Positions 8,654 to 16,991 of a DNA stretch of 64,000 nt are shown here, one piece after another. The position numbers and the translations under genes were made by a program. A model generated the notes under the pieces. The model was not told the origin of the DNA, ran no database searches, and saw only the letters and a program-made list of their open reading frames with translations. How positions within the stretch are numbered: position 1 is the first letter of the stretch; each line of letters begins with the position of its first letter. The stretch is from positions 186,001-250,000 of IMG/VR virus record IMGVR_UViG_3300020473_000011, one strand, 5' to 3'.

Positions 8654-10653
8654 TAGTTTTCCGCGATTGTCGGTGCCGTGATAACAACCATTGAGCCTCC
8701 CTCAACAGTATTAACAGCGCCTGCTTTCGTAGTCATATTTGCGCCAGCCTCAACCGTTGCGTTCGCGCCTGCTTTCGTATCTACATTTGCGCCTGCTTCT
8801 TGGCTCAAGTTCTGGCCAACGTCATACGACGCGTTTTGACCTATCGTGTACGACATATTTATGCCGACGTCACTCGTTAAGTTCTTGCCTATGACCCAGT
8901 CGGTATTCTCACCAACATTGATCCACAAGTTCTTGTCGATAACCCAGTCCATAGACTCTGTTACGTGCCAGCCTCTATTTGTCTTCGTTAGGTGACTTGA
9001 ACCGCTACCGCCTTCGAGTAGCATAAAGCCTGTATTCTTGACGTCGGAAGCGTTAACGTTACCAACTAGCACAATCCCTTTAACTGTTAGCACGCCACCA
9101 AAGGTATCACCGCCTAACGTCCCGAAACCAACATCTATATTCCCCGTACCATCAAACGTGTTACCGCCACTTTGGTAGTGTCCACCTGTTGCATCAAGCT
9201 TTCCGTTGGTCTGGGTTCCATAAATTTCCATAGCGGCCACGTTGCCTAATGAAATGTCACCGCCCACTGATACGTCACTTAGTCTCACATGACCACAGCC
9301 ATTACCTTGTAATGATTGTGCAAGAGAACCACCTTCCACCGTCAAGGAACCACCCTGTGCGAGCACGTCAGCGCCGTCTGAGGCGATGTCGAGTAGTTTT
9401 AGCGTCGTACTACAGTCTGTTAGTTTAAGCCCGCCCAGATTGCCCTGACAGGCTCCCTTGTCGAATGAAACGACTGTATCAGCCGCATCAAGGCAAATAC
9501 CTTCGCCTTTCATTGCGGTACTTGTACTTTCAAAGTGCGAGTCTTCCAGCGTGAAGGCAGGATCAGCCGCATCACAAACCAGCTCGGACTCCTTTAAGTT
9601 AACGCGTGCATTCTTCGCGTTGCCTAGTAAAACTGATGTCTTAACGTTTGCGTTGATCATCGACAGGCGGCTATCAGCATCCATGATTAAGTACCCCGCC
9701 TCCACAGTCGTCTTATTACCAAGGTAGATGCGACTCTGTGTTGGGGCGTTAAGCAAGCCTCCTGTGCCCGTCGTCGTTTTAATATGACAACCCGTTGCAG
9801 ACAGGACTGGCCGCTCTACCGTATCAAACATCCAATCTCGGAACGTCACCACGCTACTGTGTGATATTAAGGCAAGTCGGTTACACTTCTTGGCTATTGC
9901 TACGGCGGCTGTAATGTTGCTGTTGTGGTGCTGGGTAAGCACTTCGTGGCACTCATCAAACACAAGTGCTGACGGTAAGTTCATTACTAGTGCTGTGTGA
10001 TGCCACTGGAAGCGAAGTCGTTCGCTTCTTTGAGCTAAATAGTTACCGACACACACGACTTTTGCGCCATTTGTAAGTGCAATACTAAACCTAAGATTTC
10101 GGCAGTTTCGTATGTTATTTTCAGCGACCCAATCCTTGCTCTGTAGTAGGCGTATATTACCTTCTTTACAATTAAACAGCCCGCCGTTCCATGTGGTACG
10201 CCCGTGTAGGCTTAGGTAGAAATTATCGAAGTTCTCAACGCGCTCTAGCGTTGAGTCTACTAAAATTATCTTTGCTTGGCCTGTGGTGTTCTCGGATTCA
10301 TCCTGTAGCGCGTCGCCAGTAATGTGACGCACACTACTATTAACTAAAATGATAGTACAAACACTTTCAATCGTAAGACTACTGATCGAGCAGCCCACAA
10401 AGCGATAGGTACCATCACGGTCAGCCGTAAAGTTACCGTTCTTACCGTGTATCGAGTACGTCGGAAATTTAAGCGTACGCTCTTCGGCGTAAACTTCGCC
10501 ACCATCAAGCTCGTTAAGCACTGGCTTTGTCATCATATCGAGTGACTTGGAGATCTCTAAGTCCTCGGGAGCCAAGTCTGCTGGGTGCGGGTTGTTGTCT
10601 ATAACGCCTGCACTAACGTCGCGTCTGTGTAGCTTTCGGTTCTCATGTGCCAT
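8653..10653 (-). CDS. Spike-like protein: long beta-helix plus gp5/VgrG-type C-terminal repeats
   Basis: Start moved to ATG 10653 (AGGAGG RBS). The C-terminus VGENTDWVIGKNLTSDVG...VGQNLSQEAGANVDTKAGAN...ITAPTIAEN matches gp5/VgrG tip repeats. Confidence 0.7.
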   Translation of the reverse strand: MAHENRKLHRRDVSAGVIDNNPHPADLAPEDLEISKSLDMMTKPVLNELDGGEVYAEERTLKFPTYSIHGKNGNFTADRDGTYRFVGCSISSLTIESVCTIILVNSSVRHITGDALQDESENTTGQAKIILVDSTLERVENFDNFYLSLHGRTTWNGGLFNCKEGNIRLLQSKDWVAENNIRNCRNLRFSIALTNGAKVVCVGNYLAQRSERLRFQWHHTALVMNLPSALVFDECHEVLTQHHNSNITAAVAIAKKCNRLALISHSSVVTFRDWMFDTVERPVLSATGCHIKTTTGTGGLLNAPTQSRIYLGNKTTVEAGYLIMDADSRLSMINANVKTSVLLGNAKNARVNLKESELVCDAADPAFTLEDSHFESTSTAMKGEGICLDAADTVVSFDKGACQGNLGGLKLTDCSTTLKLLDIASDGADVLAQGGSLTVEGGSLAQSLQGNGCGHVRLSDVSVGGDISLGNVAAMEIYGTQTNGKLDATGGHYQSGGNTFDGTGNIDVGFGTLGGDTFGGVLTVKGIVLVGNVNASDVKNTGFMLLEGGSGSSHLTKTNRGWHVTESMDWVIDKNLWINVGENTDWVIGKNLTSDVGINMSYTIGQNASYDVGQNLSQEAGANVDTKAGANATVEAGANMTTKAGAVNTVEGGSMVVITAPTIAEN

Positions 10654-10660
10654 TGGTGCG

Positions 10661-11398
10661 TTAGCCTCCTGTACTCTCTTCAATGGCCTTGGCAATGCTC
10701 TCTATGTAAGAGCCGATACCATGACCATCAACCAAGCTACTCATGTCCATACCAGACCCAGAAAGCATGCTTAGCGCGTCTTCTGCATTAATCGTAAGCG
10801 ACGGTGTGTTTATGCTTACACCTTCTGGGCTTACTGTAATTTCTAGTCCACCAAACTTTGCAAAAAGGCGCTGGTTCGGCCTATCAATTTCGATCACAGT
10901 GCCATAGGGATCCGTGATTAACTGTGTACCCGTCACTGTATTATGGTAGTTTAAGCTACCGTCTTGCAGTCGTTCCTCTTTGCTGGAATGCCCCTCGCGC
11001 TTATTAATAACAAGCTTGTTTCCTTGACGGTCTTGACGCCCATAACGGTCAGGGTACTCTGAGTTAAAGTCCTTGGGGCGGGTCTTTCTGTTGACAGCGC
11101 GCCAGCGGTAGATAGGGTGATAGATGTCCTCAGTTGGGAACTCTACAAGAATAGTAGACCCAACCTCTGGCACGACTATCGAACTACCGTCGTGAAGGTT
11201 GCCGTGCTCTGTCGGGTACTGAGGCGAGATCCATGGTAGATTATCTATGCCGATAAACTTTATGTCTAGCAGACCCTCAATTGAGCACTTAACACGACCC
11301 ATCATACGCGGGTCGTCATTCTTAACGACCTCGGCTTCATATTGTCTGCGAAGCTCATGTCGTGGTCTTAGCCAATCCGCTTGTTTTAATAAACCCAT
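10661..11398 (-). CDS. Baseplate central spike protein, gp5 N-terminal OB-fold type
   Basis: VVKNDDPRMMGRVKCSIEGL...LPW...VPEVGSTILVEF...PIY is the gp5/VgrG OB-fold pattern. Confidence 0.85.
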   Translation of the reverse strand: MGLLKQADWLRPRHELRRQYEAEVVKNDDPRMMGRVKCSIEGLLDIKFIGIDNLPWISPQYPTEHGNLHDGSSIVVPEVGSTILVEFPTEDIYHPIYRWRAVNRKTRPKDFNSEYPDRYGRQDRQGNKLVINKREGHSSKEERLQDGSLNYHNTVTGTQLITDPYGTVIEIDRPNQRLFAKFGGLEITVSPEGVSINTPSLTINAEDALSMLSGSGMDMSSLVDGHGIGSYIESIAKAIEESTGG

Positions 11399-12570
11399 TA
11401 GCGTACGTCTCCGTCGATGTCGGTTAAGGTCTCACGACTAAGCTCGACCGTGGTAACAACCTTGTTCTTATTAAATTTGCGGCTTAACTTTGAAATGATG
11501 TACAAGCCTGTGTACGGGTTATCGTATTGCGCAGAGGTGCTATCCACCTCTGCGAAGTACACAAGGTCGAGTACTCGCATATTCTTATGCAAGATACTGT
11601 CATAGTTGAACTTAACCGTCACAGCACTGTACAAGCCTAATTGAGTCGTGTTCTGTTGGTAAGCATGCCAATAGCGCGGGTACATGTTGTCATTAACGTA
11701 GCGTGGTGTTCCTTTTCGGCCATGAACCTCTGAGTGCCTTGGGAACGAGCTGGCCTTGGCGAGTTGCGGCTCTGAGTGCTCTAACACGGCCTCGTACTCA
11801 CCGAGGTCTTGGTCTCGCATGTCGAGTTCGTTACCATAACCTAACCAGTGATTCATGAAGCCCGAGTTATTATCAATCACATAATCACCGTGGTACCAGA
11901 TCTTGTTATCCGAACCTTTATCGGTTTCATCGGCACGCTGGTAAAACTCCCATGTCGGCTTGCGGCCTTCTTCTTTCACCATTGTCTTGAGGTCACGCAG
12001 ACGGAATCGCCCGTCAGTCGTTACGGCTATCATTGGAAATGAGTCGGGGAGATCTGCGTGCATCCACGTATTGGCTATAAACTTCTTGTCAGTTACTGAC
12101 GCCTGCAACCACGTCATGCGGTCTTCTGAGCGTGAGATATTTGAGTCAATGTAGTCGGAACCAAAATGGTCTTTGGCCGCACCAAGGATGGCCTCTACTG
12201 CTGACATGTTAGCGAAGGCGCGCTGTTTGTGTGTTACAAGATAAGCTGGTGCATCGTATAGACCTGTGAACGTCACATTGTACTGGTGGTTCGTACGCGT
12301 CGCAGTCACACGGCTGAGCATAAAGCGCGTGTCGATAGTGTCGTCGCGGTCATCGTTGCCAATACCGTAACTTACTGTGATCTTATTACCTTCGTGGAAC
12401 TTTGCCCGTACGTGTGGCTCATTGATGATAATGTGACCCTGTACCATAGGCAAGCCTACGCCAGCCACCTCAATTAATTCGAGGTGTACAAGGTTTAGGG
12501 CATTCGTTTCTAAGTCATCCAACCCATCAAGGGTCAAGTTGATCTGGAATAGACCTTCTACTTTCAACAT
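11398..12570 (-). CDS. Baseplate hub protein (gp27 / gpD-like)
   Basis: 390 aa; directly upstream of the OB-fold spike gene; two-barrel hub-like pattern. Confidence 0.65.
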   Translation of the reverse strand: MLKVEGLFQINLTLDGLDDLETNALNLVHLELIEVAGVGLPMVQGHIIINEPHVRAKFHEGNKITVSYGIGNDDRDDTIDTRFMLSRVTATRTNHQYNVTFTGLYDAPAYLVTHKQRAFANMSAVEAILGAAKDHFGSDYIDSNISRSEDRMTWLQASVTDKKFIANTWMHADLPDSFPMIAVTTDGRFRLRDLKTMVKEEGRKPTWEFYQRADETDKGSDNKIWYHGDYVIDNNSGFMNHWLGYGNELDMRDQDLGEYEAVLEHSEPQLAKASSFPRHSEVHGRKGTPRYVNDNMYPRYWHAYQQNTTQLGLYSAVTVKFNYDSILHKNMRVLDLVYFAEVDSTSAQYDNPYTGLYIISKLSRKFNKNKVVTTVELSRETLTDIDGDVR

Positions 12571-12755
12571 ACTTCAAGTCTCATTTAGCTCATACCGCCA
12601 CAAAATGGCAGCCATTAGCCGTATTCTAACATTAAAGCATTGTACAAGGGAGTGGGGTGCTCGAAAAAAGAAACCCGAGACAGGGGTCAAGCTGTACTCG
12701 GGTTCGTTCTTTAAATTTGCTAGGTACAAATCAGCGGAGCACCTAACAAACTATG

Positions 12756-12847
12756 TGGTAGTGAGCTAGGGATTCGAACCCTAGGTACGCTATTAACGTA
12801 CGACGGTTTTCAAGACCGTTGCCTTAAACCAGCTCAGCCAGCTCACT
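12756..12847 (-). tRNA. tRNA-Ser(UGA)
   Basis: Cloverleaf AGTGAGC...ACGGT-CTTGAAA-ACCGT, long variable arm, GGTTCGAATCC, encoded CCA. Confidence 0.95.
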
Positions 12848-12879
12848 AAAAGTCTATAGAAATCAATTAAAAACTATGT

Positions 12880-12966
12880 TGGTACAGACGGAGAGACTTG
12901 AACTCTCACACCCTCACGGGTATCGGAACCTAAATCCGACGCGTCTACCAATTCCGCCACGTCTGC
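12880..12966 (-). tRNA. tRNA-Leu(UAG)
   Basis: GCAGACG...TCGGA-TTTAGGT-TCCGA, long variable arm, encoded CCA. Confidence 0.95.
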
Positions 12967-13159
12967 ATCATAGTTCTAACAAGGTTACTAACGTCACCGT
13001 ATCTGGGTAAGTCTTCTGCCTTGTCTCAATCAGGACGCCTATAGTAGTTTAGCGGGGCTACGTTGTACAGCACTTTTTGAAAATATTTATAAAAAACTTT
13101 AAGCAGCCCGATGATTGTACAATAAATTTAATGAGTTCGCACATGTGCACTTTTTTTAG

Positions 13160-13188
13160 TTGACTTGTGCACGGGTGTGCACTAAGCT
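13160..13188 (+). promoter_or_regulatory. Sigma70-type promoter with operator-like GTGCAC repeats
   Basis: TTGACT, 17-bp spacer TGTGCACGGGTGTGCAC, TAAGCT; a third TGTGCAC at 13144-13150. Confidence 0.7.
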
Positions 13189-13218
13189 GACGCTAATTAC
13201 TATTACAAGGAAAAATTC

Positions 13219-13902
13219 ATGATCATCGACCCAAACAGTCAACTAGCTGCTGATATGCGTAAAGCCCTAAAAGGCCATGACCTTGAGTCTGTCATTAGTA
13301 CGCTAGAAGGTCTTACAGTCGACTCTACGACCGAGCTATCAGGTCGAGAACTGGCAGCCCTTCGCATGCACCTTCAAATATCAGTGCCACAGGCCATTGA
13401 GTACATTGACGAAGTTAAGTCTAAGCGTGCGTGGTATTACTATGAGGAAGGCCGTAACCCTGTCCCAAAAGAGATTGCGAGCAAGATGCTCTTCCTTCTT
13501 AACATGCGACAAGCAACCTTCACCTCTTTTGTTAAGGGTGATTACGAGGTTGGCCAGTTCTCAAACTTTGATCAGTTTAAGAATGAGATCGAGTCCGCAA
13601 CTGAAATTCGATGGGCGCTCCATCAATCGGCAGAGGCTGAGTTCGTTGCAAAATCACTTAATAACGAAGTTGTTGCGACTGTCTCTGCGCCATGCTGTGC
13701 GACAGCGCTTTACCATGACGGACGTAACAACTTCCAGACAAATTATACGGGTGGTTCAGTAGGCAAGCTTAAAGCACGCTTTGTTGAGGAAATGAAACAG
13801 CGTAAGGCCGTTTGGGGCACACTGCACCGCGAGTCAGACGGGGCATTGATTGACACATACAAGCGTGAGGATGATGCCTGCGAGGTTAGTGGCAATGAGT
13901 AG
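13219..13902 (+). CDS. Aca2/DUF1870-like HTH regulator with N- and C-terminal extensions
   Basis: ELAALRMHLQISVPQAIEYI...RAWYYYEEGRNPVPKEIA...MRQ and F..F......IRWALHQSAEAE resemble the Aca2/YdiL pattern. Confidence 0.7.
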   Translation: MIIDPNSQLAADMRKALKGHDLESVISTLEGLTVDSTTELSGRELAALRMHLQISVPQAIEYIDEVKSKRAWYYYEEGRNPVPKEIASKMLFLLNMRQATFTSFVKGDYEVGQFSNFDQFKNEIESATEIRWALHQSAEAEFVAKSLNNEVVATVSAPCCATALYHDGRNNFQTNYTGGSVGKLKARFVEEMKQRKAVWGTLHRESDGALIDTYKREDDACEVSGNE

Positions 13903-14194
13903 TAAGGGTTGGCTTTACGGTGAGCCTATGAATGGTCGAGCTTTCCAACACAGCGCTAATGGTTTCGACTTCTTTAGCGAGCGATGTGACTTTAAGGACG
14001 GGCTTTACGTCGTCAAACCCGATACCTACGAGACCAGTGAGTCTGACCTCATCGCAGCAACCGCGCACGTTGTTGGGTACCATGCCTGCAACGTGCGACC
14101 TGAGCTTAACGGCTTTGCAGGCTATGATGCGATTACCTTTAAGGTTGTCTCAGCCGCAGAAGCTGGGGCGTTGAAGGCGAGCTTTGGTTTGTGA
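13895..14194 (+). CDS. Small hypothetical protein coupled to the Aca2-like gene (99 aa)
   Basis: ATG at 13895 overlaps the upstream stop; GAGGT RBS; terminator follows. Confidence 0.75.
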   Translation: MSSKGWLYGEPMNGRAFQHSANGFDFFSERCDFKDGLYVVKPDTYETSESDLIAATAHVVGYHACNVRPELNGFAGYDAITFKVVSAAEAGALKASFGL

Positions 14195-14218
14195 ATGTAG
14201 CAGACTATCCCACTTAAC

Positions 14219-14252
14219 AAAAAGCCCTGTCATTTGACGGGGCTTTCTTTTT
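14219..14252. terminator. Bidirectional rho-independent terminator
   Basis: AAAAGCCCTGTCA-TTT-GACGGGGCTTTCTTTTT between convergent genes. Confidence 0.8.
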
Positions 14253-14617
14253 TAGCGGCTTAGGCGCTTAGCTAGTGCTTGGCCAATAGGGCTGTTCTTA
14301 TCGAGGTCAGCTGCTGTGCCTTCTAGCTGTGATAAACGCAGGCGACTAACAATGTAAGAGCCTACCGTGTGCGAGTCGCGTTCATACGCGAAACGTAGAA
14401 TATCTTTGTCATTGCAACGTAAGTCACTAAACAACGTGCGAACCTTATTCGACGACTCAAAGAGAGCAGCGCGGAAACGTTTCTTATCGTCGTTCGCAAC
14501 CGCTTGGCAAAGTCTTTGCCCTAATGCTTCGGTTGTTACGGCCTTGGCGGGGTTCACGATTGATGACATCGCAAAAAGAATAGTTATTGCAGCGATTGCA
14601 GCTATCAGGTACTTCAA
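14252..14617 (-). CDS. DUF3718-like secreted/periplasmic protein
   Basis: Signal peptide, then LCQAVANDDKKRFRAAL...LRCNDKDILRFA (two conserved Cys). Confidence 0.7.
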   Translation of the reverse strand: MKYLIAAIAAITILFAMSSIVNPAKAVTTEALGQRLCQAVANDDKKRFRAALFESSNKVRTLFSDLRCNDKDILRFAYERDSHTVGSYIVSRLRLSQLEGTAADLDKNSPIGQALAKRLSR

Positions 14618-14666
14618 AGTAGCTCCTTGTGTCAGTTGTGTAAGTAATCAGCACAGCTAAAGGGAG

Positions 14667-14756
14667 TGGTAGCGAGCTTGGGATTCGAACCCAAGAAGGA
14701 CTTTCGCCCTTACACCCTTAGCAGGGGTGCGCCTTCGACCACTCGGCCAGCTCGCT
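14667..14756 (-). tRNA. tRNA-Ser(GCU)
   Basis: AGCGAGC...ACCCC-TGCTAA-GGGT anticodon arm, long variable arm, encoded CCA. Confidence 0.95.
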
Positions 14757-14875
14757 ATAATGGGGTTTTCGATAGAAAAGAAGGCTATAGCGTAAAAAGT
14801 GTTCCCACTCAACAGAGGCTATAGCGCTGTTATTTTAGTTTCGCACTTACGGTAGCGACTCTCCGTTTTTTTGTA

Positions 14876-14950
14876 TGGTACTCCCTAGGGGATTCGAACC
14901 CCTGTTTCCGCCGTGAAAGGGCGGGATCCTGACCGCTAGATGAAGGGAGC
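14876..14950 (-). tRNA. tRNA-Glu(UUC)
   Basis: GCTCCCT...CCGCC-CTTTCAC-GGCGG...GGTTCGAATCC, encoded CCA. Confidence 0.95.
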
Positions 14951-14958
14951 GTCAATAC

Positions 14959-15034
<76 letters not shown>

Positions 15035-15042
15035 ATACAATA

Positions 15043-15119
15043 TGGTTGCGAGAGACGGATTTGAACCATCGACCTTGTGGTTATGAGCCACACGAGCTGC
15101 CAGACTGCTCTATCTCGCA
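15043..15119 (-). tRNA. tRNA-Met(CAU), initiator-like scaffold
   Basis: TGCGAGA TAGAGCAGTCTGGCAGCTCG TGTGG-CTCATAA-CCACA...CGCAACCA. Confidence 0.93.
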
Positions 15120-15150
15120 TAAATTCTTTTCGTTACTACTTTGAAAGTAG

Positions 15151-15226
15151 TGGTGGAGCTAGGCGGGTTCGAACCGCCGACCTCTTGCGTGCAAGGCAAG
15201 CGCTCTCCCAACTGAGCTACAGCCCC
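15151..15226 (-). tRNA. tRNA-Ala(UGC)
   Basis: GGGGCTG with G3.U70; CTTGC-CTTGCAC-GCAAG; encoded CCA. Confidence 0.95.
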
Positions 15227-15402
15227 AAGCTTAACCCTTGGTGTCTGACAAGTGTACGGTTCAATACGTTACACTGCCACCTAGAGATAAGTAAGCCAAG
15301 CTGAGAGGCTTGGCTTAAACAGTACGGGAGATTATATAGAAAAGGGAAAGCGTTGTACAACCCTTTCCCTTAAAAATATTTAAACTTTTTCAAAAAGTTC
15401 AG

Positions 15403-15759
15403 TTATGTTTTTGGGGTAACCCAAACGAACGCGTTCTTTTTATCGCGCTGGTTCTTCTTTCGGTCAAGCACATCTTGGTAGAAGATTGATTGACGCCACT
15501 TGTTCGCTGAGCGCGTGATCCACATAATGATGTCATGAACTTTGACATTACCACGCGGGGCACGTAGTCCTGTTACCTTAGTCAGGTCTTTTACTGACAA
15601 GTTCCAGAACTCTGCTTCGCGGGGTAGCTGCCCCGCGACTAGACGTTGTGTAAGCTCATCGCGCTCGTTAACATCTTGCGTTGACTCAACTAACTGCTCT
15701 ACAGTCTGGCTAGTGTCGTATTCTTCAAAGCGTGCAAGGATTTGGTCTGCGCGTGTCAT
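15403..15759 (-). CDS. Hypothetical protein with shared N-terminal leader (MTRADQILARFEE)
   Basis: Start moved to ATG 15759 (AAGGTG RBS); basic C-terminus. Confidence 0.75.
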   Translation of the reverse strand: MTRADQILARFEEYDTSQTVEQLVESTQDVNERDELTQRLVAGQLPREAEFWNLSVKDLTKVTGLRAPRGNVKVHDIIMWITRSANKWRQSIFYQDVLDRKKNQRDKKNAFVWVTPKT

Positions 15760-15769
15760 ACGAGTCACC

Positions 15770-16603
15770 TTAAAATTCAAATTTCCAGTTAGCTACTAGG
15801 TTCTTGCGGTCTTTAGCTGGGATTGCATTAACGACCTTCGCTAAGTCAGCATCTAGTGCGACAGGCTCAATGTCAGTAACCATTTTCTTTGTGATTGCAT
15901 CGGTAGCATTTACAGCAACACGAAGGCGCGTAAAGGCTTCGGTGACGCCATCAGAGTTAGCCTGAATCTTCTCTAGTTCCATTAAGGCCACAAGCACCCA
16001 GTCTGGACGTCTACGCTTAATAGCTGTTGCAACACCTGCCACGTTGTGGTCGTTCGCGCCTTCGAAGTAGTCGACTAGTTCGTCAATCGCGACGGGTTCA
16101 TGCTTTCCGATGTCCATTGTATCGGCTAGCGCTTTCGCACCCTTTTTGTAACCGTTGGCTTTGGCCATTGTATGGAGTAAAAGCAGTGCTGCCTCATAGC
16201 TGTCGTCGGCGTCGTGGTCTAGTGCGCCTTCCGCAACATCAACACGAGATTCTACAACATCAATAGCATCACCCGACTGCTTTTCATCGGCGGCTTCGTC
16301 TAAGCCATCCTGTAGGTCTGCGATTTGAGCTTCAATGCCACGTAGGCTCTTAACTGCTTTTTCGAGGTCTTCTAGACTGTCGAAGAATCGGATCTGACCC
16401 ATGGTAGCCATGTTCTTACGCTTAGACCAAACTTCCCAGTCACCCTGTTTATTTTGGTGAATAGTGTATTGGGTCTGACGCACTGATGTCTGGTAGTAGG
16501 TGTGGTTACCTTCGGTAGATACTTCGATTTTAAGAAGTGCTGCTTCGTTTGAAGCTACAAGGGATTCGTCATGACGTGTGATTAATTGTCCAGCTCGGCT
16601 CAT
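15770..16603 (-). CDS. Hypothetical protein with shared N-terminal leader (MSRAGQLITRHDE)
   Basis: 277 aa; two apparent domains joined by an acidic linker. Confidence 0.8.
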   Translation of the reverse strand: MSRAGQLITRHDESLVASNEAALLKIEVSTEGNHTYYQTSVRQTQYTIHQNKQGDWEVWSKRKNMATMGQIRFFDSLEDLEKAVKSLRGIEAQIADLQDGLDEAADEKQSGDAIDVVESRVDVAEGALDHDADDSYEAALLLLHTMAKANGYKKGAKALADTMDIGKHEPVAIDELVDYFEGANDHNVAGVATAIKRRRPDWVLVALMELEKIQANSDGVTEAFTRLRVAVNATDAITKKMVTDIEPVALDADLAKVVNAIPAKDRKNLVANWKFEF

Positions 16604-16691
16604 CTTTGTCTCAGTCTTGGTTATTTTAGAAGCTCACTAGCCTAGCTTCTAAAAGACTAAGCCAGTCCTTTTAATCTTTTTATGCTTATAG

Positions 16692-16768
16692 TGGCGAGGA
16701 TGATGGGACTCGAACCCACGACCTCTTGCGTGACAGGCAAGTATTCTAACCAACTGAACTACATCCCC
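16692..16768 (-). tRNA. tRNA-Asp(GUC)
   Basis: GGGGATG...CTTGC-CTGTCAC-GCAAG, G73, encoded CCA. Confidence 0.95.
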
Positions 16769-16991
16769 AGCTAATAAGCACAATGGTTAGCACCATTGAG
16801 TAGACTTAGTTTACCGTATCGTTGTACAACTGGTCAACACTATAATTCAATCGTTGTACAACTTGTTTCTTGTGATTGGTCAGGACTTAATCGTTTACAG
16901 TGTAATTACACTCTGTATAATCCGTGGTACTGAGACCTGCACACGAATATACCTAGAGCACAGCTGTATTCGGTTACTTTGGAGAAACTTC

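Noticed and set aside
10661-10695. Apparent overlap or frameshift fusing the OB-fold gene to the spike gene
   Set aside because: The track's start is a TTG; an AGGAGG plus ATG at 10653 gives a clean separate gene
15239-15300. Hairpin ending in ACCA just upstream of tRNA-Ala, possibly a ninth tRNA
   Set aside because: Only one long stem-loop; no D-arm, anticodon arm or canonical TTCRA loop; at most a remnant
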